Virus record (IMG/VR): IMGVR_UViG_3300025154_000056 | Location: 1 to 64,000 of that record | Length of the DNA stretch: 64,000 nt | Source: a virus | Lineage: Duplodnaviria; Caudoviricetes | Direction: 5' to 3' (one strand) | Shown here: positions 7,624 through 16,479 of the stretch, piece after piece | Numbering within the stretch: position 1 is the first letter of the stretch | How the letters are laid out: the number at the start of each line of letters is the position of its first letter | Notes under the pieces: model-generated | The model's database searches: none | Told to the model about the DNA's origin: nothing | What the model saw: the letters and a program-made list of their open reading frames with translations, nothing else | Made by a program: the position numbers and the translations under genes

Positions 7624-8889
7624 ATGAAGTTTCGACTGAGCAAGCCGAGCAAAATAGACAAGTCCAAAGCGGCCAACGAAAGCAAAGAACAACCTAGTAT
7701 TGTTCATGGCTCCACTGGCCTAATAAGCCCCGAGCGGCTCACCCAAGGGGCATCCAAGGGTGCCGTCAGACTCCCTAAGGGCGCACCTACCAAGAAGGAA
7801 AACAAGGCAGCCGGGGCAACTCTAAAGGGGAAGGAAAAGAGCATCCAAGCAGAGAGCACAACAGGTAAAGCAAAGAAGCTAGCCGGGGCACAGAAGGGGC
7901 AAACAATCAAAGGGAAGGCAACTCACAAGGGAGAGGACAAGACTACCAAGAACAACACGCCTATCGATGCTTCCAATACTACTAGAGCACGAGACAGTGT
8001 TGTTGCAGGAGAGGCTGCCAAATCACGTCGCCGACCATCGAAAAGTGGCAACACAACCAAAGAGGAGAAGACCAAAGAGGCGTGTGCCAGTGATACTAGT
8101 AACATCCCCGGTGTGTCTTCGAAGCAGTCAGTCAGTGTTGTAAAGAAGGTCGCCAAATCGACTCACCAGCCATCGAAGAATCAACCAGTCAGTGTGGCCG
8201 ACTCGTCGGTGAAAACAGCTCGCCAGCCAGCCGACCTGCCAATATCAGCCGACTCGCCGGAAGCCGATGCGCCGGGGGGTGCCGACTACCCCTACGAGAA
8301 TGCCGAGCCTGCCGACATCGTTCACATACCTGGTGGCCTACCTATGGTGGGTCTCAGCATCACCGTTTCTGAGTCTGAGAAGCTTTCCCTCCTCGCCAAC
8401 ACGCCGTTGCATGATCCAGAGCATGAAAGGCGGCAACTAGCGTTGATCCCGCGTTTACAGTGTTCTACGTGCAACATGGCCGGTGAATGCCCAGAGTATC
8501 AAGAGGAGTATGTTTGCGCGTTTGAACCTGCTTTCAATGCGTTTCCTGTGCGTGATGTGTTCGCCGTTGAAGAGGCAATGCGCGAAATCGCTCAGAAGAA
8601 TATGGCTCGATTTAGACGTGCCAGCTTCTCTGAAGATGTGGTCGGAGGAGGTCTTTTGGACCTTTCCGTGACTCGCCAAAGTCAGGTGGCTATGGCACAG
8701 CTAACACAGCTTAGAGAGTTGCAGAGATCAACACGCCAAGTAGGTGTACAGTTCGTTGGCTCGCCAGATTCTGTTGGAAGCCAAGGAAAAGGCATTTTGT
8801 CTAAGCTTTTCGGTGGTTTACAGGATTCGCCTGACACTATTGAAAGCGAGATAATAGACTCAATTCCTAGTCCCGATACGGATGAATAG
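7624..8889 (+). CDS. protein with long Lys/Ser-rich disordered N-terminus and Cys4/helical C-terminal domain (possible terminase small subunit)
   Basis: CSTCxxxxxCPxYxxxxxC followed by helical region ending GILSKLFGG; function inferred only. Confidence 0.6.
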   Translation: MKFRLSKPSKIDKSKAANESKEQPSIVHGSTGLISPERLTQGASKGAVRLPKGAPTKKENKAAGATLKGKEKSIQAESTTGKAKKLAGAQKGQTIKGKATHKGEDKTTKNNTPIDASNTTRARDSVVAGEAAKSRRRPSKSGNTTKEEKTKEACASDTSNIPGVSSKQSVSVVKKVAKSTHQPSKNQPVSVADSSVKTARQPADLPISADSPEADAPGGADYPYENAEPADIVHIPGGLPMVGLSITVSESEKLSLLANTPLHDPEHERRQLALIPRLQCSTCNMAGECPEYQEEYVCAFEPAFNAFPVRDVFAVEEAMREIAQKNMARFRRASFSEDVVGGGLLDLSVTRQSQVAMAQLTQLRELQRSTRQVGVQFVGSPDSVGSQGKGILSKLFGGLQDSPDTIESEIIDSIPSPDTDE

Positions 8890-9015
8890 CCGTCAAAAGT
8901 ACCCGTTGGCTCAACACGGCATTTCCGGACACTAACTCTATAAAACAAGGGGTCTGCGAATCACCCATATACGGATGATTTGCCTGCTTTCTCTGTTGTG
9001 CTTTGCAGCTACATC

Positions 9016-9077
9016 TTGACACATTAGAAGAACATGATTATGTTTGGTTCTCACGACACAACACACGGAGAACGAAG
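9016..9077 (+). promoter_or_regulatory. early promoter/leader cassette 8
   Basis: TTGACA 9016-9021, 17 nt, TATGTT; leader CACAACACACGGAGAAC. Confidence 0.75.
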
Positions 9078-9422
9078 ATGAGAACGCGGCAAGATGTGGT
9101 TGATGCAATGGTGGCCTGGAACGCGAAACACTATGAGTCTCTTGGTAGGGACTACACCACGCGCTACCCGCCGTCCGTCCCTGAATTGTACGATTGCTTG
9201 AACGTGCCCCACATTGGCAAAACAGTCGCCAAGGATGCGGATGGGATGTGGTACTGCGAGAACATTGGTGCCACGGTTCGCTTGTACGCCAGCAAGAGCC
9301 CGAACAATCCGAACAAGCTCCATCGCCTGTTCATTACTTGCCCTGCTTGCTTGCGGGATGTGGATGCCGGACACTTCCAACAACACAAGTGCAGTTTGCC
9401 AAAAACAACGAAAGAACAATGA
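9078..9422 (+). CDS. hypothetical zinc-finger protein
   Basis: CPAC...HFQQHKC. Confidence 0.7.
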   Translation: MRTRQDVVDAMVAWNAKHYESLGRDYTTRYPPSVPELYDCLNVPHIGKTVAKDADGMWYCENIGATVRLYASKSPNNPNKLHRLFITCPACLRDVDAGHFQQHKCSLPKTTKEQ

Positions 9423-9583
9423 CCATGAGTAATACGATCAAGCATGCCGACTACACAGAGAACCTTGGAAACGATCTTCCCACGATCAAGCGTGGGAGGC
9501 GCGTGAAAGAATCTCGCAAGCGTGACAGGGTTGCCAAGCTCAAGGAGCAACTCTCGTTCCTCACAACCCCCGCTTGGCGCTAG
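9419..9583 (+). CDS. small basic hypothetical protein
   Basis: ATGA overlap with upstream stop. Confidence 0.5.
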   Translation: MTMSNTIKHADYTENLGNDLPTIKRGRRVKESRKRDRVAKLKEQLSFLTTPAWR

Positions 9584-9589
9584 TTTCCT

Positions 9590-10500
9590 TCCCTTTGGCG
9601 CGTTCTGCGTCGCACAATCTCCCTTTCGTTTCACGAATCACACGCCGTATCGTTTCACCAGCCGATTGCGTTTGCGTTTCACCGGCCGTACGCCGTTGCG
9701 TATCGGGGGCCGGGTGCCGTTCGCGATGGCCTGCGAGCCGTGCGCCGGATCTCCTGCTCGGTGGCCTGCCCGCCGCGTGTCGGCCTGGGGACGGTGGCCG
9801 GTGTGGGCCTGCCCGATGGCCTGGTCCAGCTGCCTGCGGCATGGTGGCCGTGGCTCTGGCGCTGTGCGCCGGTAGGCGTGGCGCTAGGAGAATCATGCAC
9901 AATCGTGTGAATTTGACCTGGATTGTAGGCGATTGAAACGGATTGTATGGGTACAATGCGTCGAAAATTCGACTGACTATGCGTGACAATATGTCGAATA
10001 AGAGCATGACTATATGTGACAATGCGTCTGAAGTTCAACGCATTGGGTCAATTGAAACGGATTGAATCGCGCTATCCCAGCAAAGCAAAGCTCGTGCCAC
10101 CCATATCCGAACCTTTTTGCACGATGTGTAAAACGACTAGAGGTATATGCGCAATCGGTGCATAGCTCTAGAAATCGTTTTGGTGCCGCCCTAGGTCAAA
10201 GGGTAGCTTGGTAGGGTCCGACGCGTTTATGACATCTTCTATTCGTCGCAATGCGGTTGACGTGAATTGTCACTACGGCTGATTTTGGTGACGAAAATTG
10301 TCACCCACGAAAACACCTATAAAACAAGGTCAATTCGTGTTTTTGACCTTCCAGCGATGATTTATTCCAGAATTGAGGTGACGCTAATTGTCACTCGATG
10401 GGCGTAAAGCAACAATTAGACCAAAGATAATGCAGCACGCAAACCCTATAAAACAAGGTCTATTGCAACATTCGACACGGCATTATCTAGGTTGGTATTG
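9590..10500. repeat. non-coding region rich in short direct and inverted repeats
   Basis: CGTTTCAC x3 at 24-nt period, GGCCTG x5, ATTGAAACGGATTG x2, (G/T)TGACGnnAATTGTCAC x3, CTATAAAACAAGG x2. Confidence 0.75.
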
Positions 10501-10550
10501 CTTGTGCATTGTATGCGTGCGAACGAGCCACCCACACCGGAGACAAGAAA

Positions 10551-11219
10551 ATGACTATCACAATCCTCACTCACCTCTCAGCTCTTCTCGCGGTTCTCAG
10601 CGTGATCGTGTTCGCAATCGGCGAAGCCATGGGGCGCACGGACACGCGCAGCGAGAACACGGAACGCGTGTCCGTGACTCGTCGCGTTCCTTCTCCTCGC
10701 GAGTCTTACCTTCTCTCCCTCATGTTCTCCGCTGCTAAGACTCGCGATGCAATCGAGAATGCAGCTACAGAGCAAGCAACCATGCGCAACGCGGAAACGG
10801 TTGTTTTGAACCGCGCGGCAAAGCTGTCCAGTGCTCGGTTCTGCTTCGCTAGTCCTCGCATCGCGACCCCGGCGCAACGCGAAGTCAACGTGTGGGCGGA
10901 ACGCGACGCGATGCGCTCTGACGCAATCGAGCAAGGCTTGTCCAAGGTTGCAGCTACCATTGAAGCGAAACTTTCGGATCTGGACGCTGCGCGCAAGGCA
11001 TCGGACGCGATGGTCCAGTCTGCTAGGGCATATGCGGCCCTTGCTACTCGCGCCCCGATTGTCACGGCGGAATGGTCCGATGCTCTTACCGTCCTACCAG
11101 TGACGTCCAAGGCTAGCGGCTTTGCAGCGATGCAATGTGGCAACGTTGCCATGACACGTCGCGAGGTCGGACTTGACGCGAACGGACGGCGCGTTTACCA
11201 ATATCAGCTTGTCTATTGA
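10551..11219 (+). CDS. Ala-rich protein with N-terminal transmembrane helix
   Basis: leader CCCACACCGGAGAC; hydrophobic ILTHLSALLAVLSVIVFAI. Confidence 0.65.
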   Translation: MTITILTHLSALLAVLSVIVFAIGEAMGRTDTRSENTERVSVTRRVPSPRESYLLSLMFSAAKTRDAIENAATEQATMRNAETVVLNRAAKLSSARFCFASPRIATPAQREVNVWAERDAMRSDAIEQGLSKVAATIEAKLSDLDAARKASDAMVQSARAYAALATRAPIVTAEWSDALTVLPVTSKASGFAAMQCGNVAMTRREVGLDANGRRVYQYQLVY

Positions 11220-11270
11220 CACGGCGCAGTGGAGTGATTAGCTTAGCTCTTACCAACAACGAACCGGAGA
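11216..11270 (+). promoter_or_regulatory. early promoter/leader cassette 9
   Basis: TTGACA 11216-11221, 17 nt, TAGCTT; leader CCAACAACGAACCGGAGA. Confidence 0.75.
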
Positions 11271-11870
11271 ATGACCATGACCACCTCGAAAAAAGCTACC
11301 GCGACTGAAACTACGATCCCTACCTGCTACGTCTGCGCCACGGTTAGGAAACATGCGACGATGAATCCGAAAGGGCGATGCTTGGTTGGACCTTGCATCC
11401 CGCTTCCAGAAACGGAAGGCTCCTACTTCGCGGTCGATTCCGGTCTTGTGATCGATGGGGTCCCCTCCCCCCTCGTGTTCCCCTCCCTTGACGTCGCAGT
11501 CCAGAGCTTAATCAAATGGGACGGGGTGGCACTAGGGCTGGACGGCGCAGTCCTGGGTGGCTCCCTCCCAGAAGGTAAGGCGCCCAAGGGCAAGGCTACA
11601 CCCAAGGGCAAGGCGTCCACGCAACCCGCCCCTGACGTCAACCCTAGCAAGGGGTTTGACGCAACCCCCGTCCCGCAACCCGTGACCAGTGCAACCCCTG
11701 CTACCGCTACCGTCCAGGGGAAGGCTACCCGCAAGGGAGCGGTCAAGCGTGCGAGCAAGGCTACCCCCAAGGTGGACGCACCCAAGGGCGATGCACCCAA
11801 GATCAAGCTGACACCTGCGCAGCGTGAGGCGGCGGAAAAGCGAATGAACGCGCTCATTTCCCAGGCATGA
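11271..11870 (+). CDS. hypothetical protein with PKGKA low-complexity basic tail
   Basis: CYVC motif; repeats KAPKG/KATPKG. Confidence 0.7.
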   Translation: MTMTTSKKATATETTIPTCYVCATVRKHATMNPKGRCLVGPCIPLPETEGSYFAVDSGLVIDGVPSPLVFPSLDVAVQSLIKWDGVALGLDGAVLGGSLPEGKAPKGKATPKGKASTQPAPDVNPSKGFDATPVPQPVTSATPATATVQGKATRKGAVKRASKATPKVDAPKGDAPKIKLTPAQREAAEKRMNALISQA

Positions 11871-12000
11871 GCACATAATCAAGCGTTCATAATGCGTCGC
11901 ATCATATGATCATGGTGCGGCGCGTCATCGCGTTCAGCGTTCAATTCCAGATTATGAATAAGTATGGAGTACCCCCACCCAGGGGGTTAATTGGAAAGTC

Positions 12001-12160
12001 TGTATATGTGAGGCGGTGATCCCAGATTTTATTTGCCGAAAGATACGGGTCGCAGTAGCTGAGTACATAAATCTCTTTATCTATTATGTATGTGGTGCTA
12101 GTGATCCCAGATTTTATTTGCCAAGAAACACGCGTCTCACTAGCTGAGTACATAAACCTC
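12001..12160. repeat. imperfect direct repeat, 85-nt period
   Basis: GTGATCCCAGATTTTATTTGCC...TAGCTGAGTACATAAA at 12016 and 12101. Confidence 0.85.
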
Positions 12161-12293
12161 GAGGTCTATTCTTCGGGGAGTGCCGAGTAGTTGTATACAA
12201 GCAGGATGAATTCGTACAGCGTGGTGTTGCGTGGTGCTGGCGACGTGGCTATGCTGTCAGGAATTGACCGAAACACACGAAGGGAGAAGCGGC

Positions 12294-12740
12294 ATGACAA
12301 TCGAATACAAAAGCAACAAACCCACCACTGAGTTCTACGTGCAGGCATTCAAGATGGGGGAAGAGTTCGACGCACCAGAAGGCTACGCAGCGTGGCTGAC
12401 AAGTGTGCACAGAGTAGGGGAAACTGGGCTATGTCTCGTGGTCGTGTGGCGTAGAAAACCCGTCGACATGGATTACTCCCAAGTCGAGCGTAGTATAATG
12501 GCCTACCTCGCATCATCCCGTAAAGAAGCTCACAAAGAAGACACCCACACGAAGCTGGCTGCAAAGATCTTCAACGTAGCAGAGGCAGAAGTGACGTCAG
12601 AGCAGCGCCGCCAAGCAAAGATAATCGAACTTGGTGTGACCTATGGGATGGGCGAGGTCGCGCTGTCCAGACACCTCGGCATCACCTACGCACAGGCCCG
12701 TCAGCTCATTGACGCATATGTTTATGGACAGGAGGCGTGA
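12294..12740 (+). CDS. small protein carrying an isolated family-A DNA polymerase fingers (motif B) segment
   Basis: DTHTKLAAKIFNV...VTSEQRRQAKIIELGVTYGMGEVALSRHLGITYAQARQLIDAY matches the PolA O-helix region. Confidence 0.75.
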   Translation: MTIEYKSNKPTTEFYVQAFKMGEEFDAPEGYAAWLTSVHRVGETGLCLVVVWRRKPVDMDYSQVERSIMAYLASSRKEAHKEDTHTKLAAKIFNVAEAEVTSEQRRQAKIIELGVTYGMGEVALSRHLGITYAQARQLIDAYVYGQEA

Positions 12741-13156
12741 TGCTCAGAATTCCAATCCGCAGACCGTTGTCACTCCTTGGACTACTAGACGACATCCAAA
12801 AGACCGAGAAGTATTCGGTACTGCACTGTGAGTACCTGGAAGGCTCAAGAATAGTAGATAAGATGATCGACGTGATAGAGTCGGTGGAGCTTGAGACCGG
12901 TTCCAAGCCAGAGATGATTCTGCTGGGCAAGAGAATCATGCAGGAGCTACTTGGCTGTGCGGACAAGTATTGCTCTGAGAGATCCTACGCCAAGCTGGTA
13001 GAGCCAGGGTACGTGGAGTTCTTTGGGGTGCGCTGCTACCTTCATCCGTTTCTGGAGCCGTACGAGATACAACCCGTGCTGCCGTTTGACGTGGCAGTTT
13101 GGGCGGCGTTTGGGGAGGATGACGTACTGACGAGACTGAAAGAGAGGCTGAAGTAA
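12737..13156 (+). CDS. hypothetical protein
   Basis: GGAGG RBS, overlap with upstream stop. Confidence 0.65.
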   Translation: MMLRIPIRRPLSLLGLLDDIQKTEKYSVLHCEYLEGSRIVDKMIDVIESVELETGSKPEMILLGKRIMQELLGCADKYCSERSYAKLVEPGYVEFFGVRCYLHPFLEPYEIQPVLPFDVAVWAAFGEDDVLTRLKERLK

Positions 13157-13158
13157 CC

Positions 13159-13728
13159 ATGAAAATCACACTACGAGACTGGATCAGCGAGCAATTGGTG
13201 CATGACGAAATGCTTTGGAAGGGAGCCTACAATTTGCAGATGTTGTTTCTACGTGACCATGTCCAGTTTCTGATCGGTACTGGCTTGCCACTCAAGGAGG
13301 CAACCACTCTTGCTATGGTCATATCCACCCATCGATCCAAGTCGATTGACCTCCCCGTCGTGAGACTAGACCGCCCAGACATTGGTCTCTCGTTCGTGAT
13401 GAGAAACAATTTCTATGATTGGAAGTTGACGGTTCTCAGCACGCGACCGATCGAAGCGGACTTGGCTGGGTTGTTTTTCACCGAACCGCCTAGCGAACCT
13501 GAGTACACCGGAGACGGGCTGCATCCAGTGTATTTCGAGGGCTTCCCACGCGAACTCGTCCGAGGCTATTGGTCGCAGAATAAGTGCGAGTGGTCTGCCT
13601 CTATTGGTGGGGACCGTGCGTTCTGGACAACGTTGTATCTGTGCATGCGGTCACTCGGGGCCATCCCGGACAGGCGATACCATACGAGAGAGTCTCACAG
13701 GCTAGAGTTGCTGGTAGGAGACGACTAA
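13159..13728 (+). CDS. conserved phage hypothetical protein
   Basis: VISTHRSKSIDLPV...MRNNFYDWKLTV pattern. Confidence 0.7.
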   Translation: MKITLRDWISEQLVHDEMLWKGAYNLQMLFLRDHVQFLIGTGLPLKEATTLAMVISTHRSKSIDLPVVRLDRPDIGLSFVMRNNFYDWKLTVLSTRPIEADLAGLFFTEPPSEPEYTGDGLHPVYFEGFPRELVRGYWSQNKCEWSASIGGDRAFWTTLYLCMRSLGAIPDRRYHTRESHRLELLVGDD

Positions 13729-13729
13729 T

Positions 13730-13921
13730 ATGAAGTCCAGTAAAACCATTGAGGTGTACATACGAATGGAGATTGCTCTAAACGTACTGGCGAATGTGTA
13801 CAACCTGTTGGACGACCTAGGCAACGAAGCAAACCTTAGGGAGTTCAGCGAGGCACGTGCTAGTCTGGAACGCGTCTCCAACAGGCTTCGAACCGGTGCA
13901 GGAAACAAGGTGAGGAAATGA
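13730..13921 (+). CDS. small hypothetical protein
   Basis: tiles between neighbours, AGGAG RBS. Confidence 0.55.
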   Translation: MKSSKTIEVYIRMEIALNVLANVYNLLDDLGNEANLREFSEARASLERVSNRLRTGAGNKVRK

Positions 13922-14478
13922 GCACAAAGAACTGGGCAGCTGAAGGTAATTTCGTCGAAGGACTGCGTATGGTGGGTGCTTGCGATGAAGCTCGACGCTG
14001 GGTGGGGCAGAAGAGCTTGCGCCAGGCATGGAATAGTTGCAGCCCCGATGCTGGGGCTGATGAGTTCGTGTGGCTTGGCTGGCTCCTCTGCGAGATTGTC
14101 TGCGGAGAGAAGCCTTGGCGAGTTACTGTGGCTAAATTGGGTCTGGCTTACATGGGAAAGAAAAAGAGAACTGGTATTGAACTGCAGCTGAGGGAGGAGC
14201 TGGAAGTTGTTGTTGCTGGTCGTTGGCGTCCGGCCAAGGTGAAGCGGTTGATGTCGCTGGACGTGGGTTTGATGGATGACCACCTGGATACTGTGTTGTG
14301 CGCGCTATACGGTAGCGAAAGCGAATTGGAGGCGATGTTTCTGTTCGAGGTTCGGCGGCACATCAAAAAGTGCATCACCGTCGAGAAGCTGGAGAAGCTA
14401 TTCAACAAGAGGGTTCGAGAAGTAGACAGCTATTATTGCCAGCATAGCACCCACAGTACTATAGCCATAGGTTACTGA
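13918..14478 (+). CDS. hypothetical protein
   Basis: GAGG RBS, ATGA overlap. Confidence 0.65.
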   Translation: MSTKNWAAEGNFVEGLRMVGACDEARRWVGQKSLRQAWNSCSPDAGADEFVWLGWLLCEIVCGEKPWRVTVAKLGLAYMGKKKRTGIELQLREELEVVVAGRWRPAKVKRLMSLDVGLMDDHLDTVLCALYGSESELEAMFLFEVRRHIKKCITVEKLEKLFNKRVREVDSYYCQHSTHSTIAIGY

Positions 14479-14487
14479 GGAGGTAAT

Positions 14488-14730
14488 GTGAAAAAGAGAA
14501 CATTCGCTTGGAAGCGCGTCTTGCTAACCATCACTGCCCCAATATGGGTCGTACCGCTATTTGTTCTCTGTCTTATAGCCACCGTAGTCATCGGAATAGC
14601 TGAGGCGATAAAGACCACCTTCGAGTGGGTGTTCCCGAAGACCCCTGAGTATGAGCAATACCTATACGACAAGGGGTATGAAGAGCGGGAAGAGCAACGC
14701 AGAAAGGAAATGCAGGATGACAGTAGATGA
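14488..14730 (+). CDS. small membrane protein
   Basis: GAGGAGG RBS; hydrophobic LLTITAPIWVVPLFVLCLIATVVIGIA. Confidence 0.65.
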   Translation: MKKRTFAWKRVLLTITAPIWVVPLFVLCLIATVVIGIAEAIKTTFEWVFPKTPEYEQYLYDKGYEEREEQRRKEMQDDSR

Positions 14731-14977
14731 ATTCCAAAAGCTCTGTGAGCAGTACAAAAGAATGAGCAAAGCCACCCCCAAAGAGAAGCTCGCTGCCCTA
14801 AGTAGCGGGCTTGTTGTTTTTGTTGGCTACAATGGCAGCAAAGCTATTCTGGAGCACGGGTTCATCTACGTCGTCGCTGACGGGCCCATCACCATGCCAT
14901 CTACGGTGTTGTACGCACTAGCGAAGGCTGGCTGGTCCTGGGAACCAACGTACCAAGCTTGGAAACTGGAGGCATAG
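14717..14977 (+). CDS. hypothetical protein
   Basis: tiles between neighbours. Confidence 0.55.
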   Translation: MTVDEFQKLCEQYKRMSKATPKEKLAALSSGLVVFVGYNGSKAILEHGFIYVVADGPITMPSTVLYALAKAGWSWEPTYQAWKLEA

Positions 14978-14978
14978 G

Positions 14979-16010
14979 ATGAAAGACAAATACGGTATTG
15001 TCATCAACATGGTGCAGCACTTGCGTAACAAATATGACTCAACGTTGATTGAACGTGATAACGCGCTCGTGGAATTAGGTGGCTTGAAGACTGCCCTGCG
15101 GTATCTCAAAGAAGACTACGATGAAATGTGCCACAGCGTGTTGGAAGAGTGCGGCTACAACCCAGACGACCCAACTCTTGACGTGCGCCCGGACGAAGCT
15201 GCAACGAACCTCAAAAAGGAACGTGATGAAGCCCAGCGCAGTCTCGAAGTTTTAGCTGACAAGAATTGGCTGGAGCGGGTCAAAGCTGAGCACACCGAAT
15301 ACATCGAAGACATTCGCAGCAACCTAGGGGCTAGTCCAAGTGAGTCGGCGTTGGACGCCGCAATACGCGTGTACCGTGAACGGCGGGATTGCACTAAGCC
15401 ACTCCCCACCAGCATTAGCACCGAAGCGTTCTTCGAGGCAGCGGGCACGGCCCCTCCACAGGACGATGGACTCCCTATTTGTGCTGGAGATGTTTGGGAG
15501 CACTGCGTCTATGGTGAGTTGGTGATGCACAAACCCCACAGAACAGGGTGGGTGACACACTACTGTGCTAAAGCTGGTGGGTGCTGCTACATGCACGATG
15601 AGAATAGAGAACATGGAGATTGGACGTTCATACGGCGGGCAAATAAGCCACCTGTCGAGAAGCCAGACCCGGACAGGCTCATGCGAGAGGCAGTTGCCCA
15701 TGCGTGGGTCGTGGCCCTGACTACAGCCGAGGGTGTAGGAGGAGCCGTAGCACCCAAGACCGAGGGCGAGTTCGTGCGTGCGTTGGTGGCGCTTGTTCGC
15801 AACCGTGAGAATCGCGCCGTCAACACCGCTCTGGAAGAAGCGGCGAATAGAGTATGTAGACTAGTACACGTGTACATGAGCGGGGAAGTATGGTTAGGCT
15901 CGCTATCCGTCGAAACAAAGGACCACACACTATTTGGAGATAAGGCGTGGGGTGCAGCAGAAAGTGTTAGATCTATCCTACGCACCGCAGTACTGGAGAG
16001 CGAGAAATGA
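14979..16010 (+). CDS. hypothetical mosaic/coiled-coil protein
   Basis: GGAGG RBS; long ORF. Confidence 0.7.
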   Translation: MKDKYGIVINMVQHLRNKYDSTLIERDNALVELGGLKTALRYLKEDYDEMCHSVLEECGYNPDDPTLDVRPDEAATNLKKERDEAQRSLEVLADKNWLERVKAEHTEYIEDIRSNLGASPSESALDAAIRVYRERRDCTKPLPTSISTEAFFEAAGTAPPQDDGLPICAGDVWEHCVYGELVMHKPHRTGWVTHYCAKAGGCCYMHDENREHGDWTFIRRANKPPVEKPDPDRLMREAVAHAWVVALTTAEGVGGAVAPKTEGEFVRALVALVRNRENRAVNTALEEAANRVCRLVHVYMSGEVWLGSLSVETKDHTLFGDKAWGAAESVRSILRTAVLESEK

Positions 16011-16228
16011 GATCTCGGTATCCGTACCAACTTGACAATACAAAGGTAGAGATTGGGCAGCACTGGCAGTCATCCGACGCAACGTATGGTAAGTCATACA
16101 CCGTTGTTTGTAGAGCAGCAGAGCCAGCCCACGGTTGGGTCATGGAAGCAGACAATGGTGATCGTACCTACATGACTCCACTAGCATTAGAACTAGGTCT
16201 ATGGAAGAAGGTAGAGGCTACGCAATGA
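16007..16228 (+). CDS. small hypothetical protein
   Basis: ATGA overlap. Confidence 0.6.
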   Translation: MRSRYPYQLDNTKVEIGQHWQSSDATYGKSYTVVCRAAEPAHGWVMEADNGDRTYMTPLALELGLWKKVEATQ

Positions 16229-16479
16229 AGAAAAAGATGTTTACCGTGTTTTTTCTAGTTAGAGATAAGAAGCCTTACAGAACTACTACTATGGAAGTGC
16301 GACACGTCATGGCGCACGACGCCACTGAAGCTCATCAGGTTGCTAGCAATAGACGACCAATGACTGAAGACATCTTACTATTTAGCTATGCAGAGCAAGG
16401 TCGGTTGGCCCCAATGCTTGTTTTCAAAGAGTCGTGGGAGGACAATGACGCTCGTCTTGCACAGGTTGAAGATAAGTAG
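16225..16479 (+). CDS. small hypothetical protein
   Basis: GAGG RBS, ATGA overlap. Confidence 0.6.
   Translation: MKKKMFTVFFLVRDKKPYRTTTMEVRHVMAHDATEAHQVASNRRPMTEDILLFSYAEQGRLAPMLVFKESWEDNDARLAQVEDK

Noticed and set aside
9932-10064. ATTGAAACGGATTG twice, resembling a CRISPR repeat 3' end
   Set aside because: Only two 14-nt copies 119 nt apart, conservation extends 3' rather than 5' of ATTGAAAC, and there are no regular spacers or cas genes.
12016-12160. Repeat-variable-repeat pattern as a mini CRISPR array
   Set aside because: The variable middles are related to each other and only 18 nt; this is a two-copy duplication.
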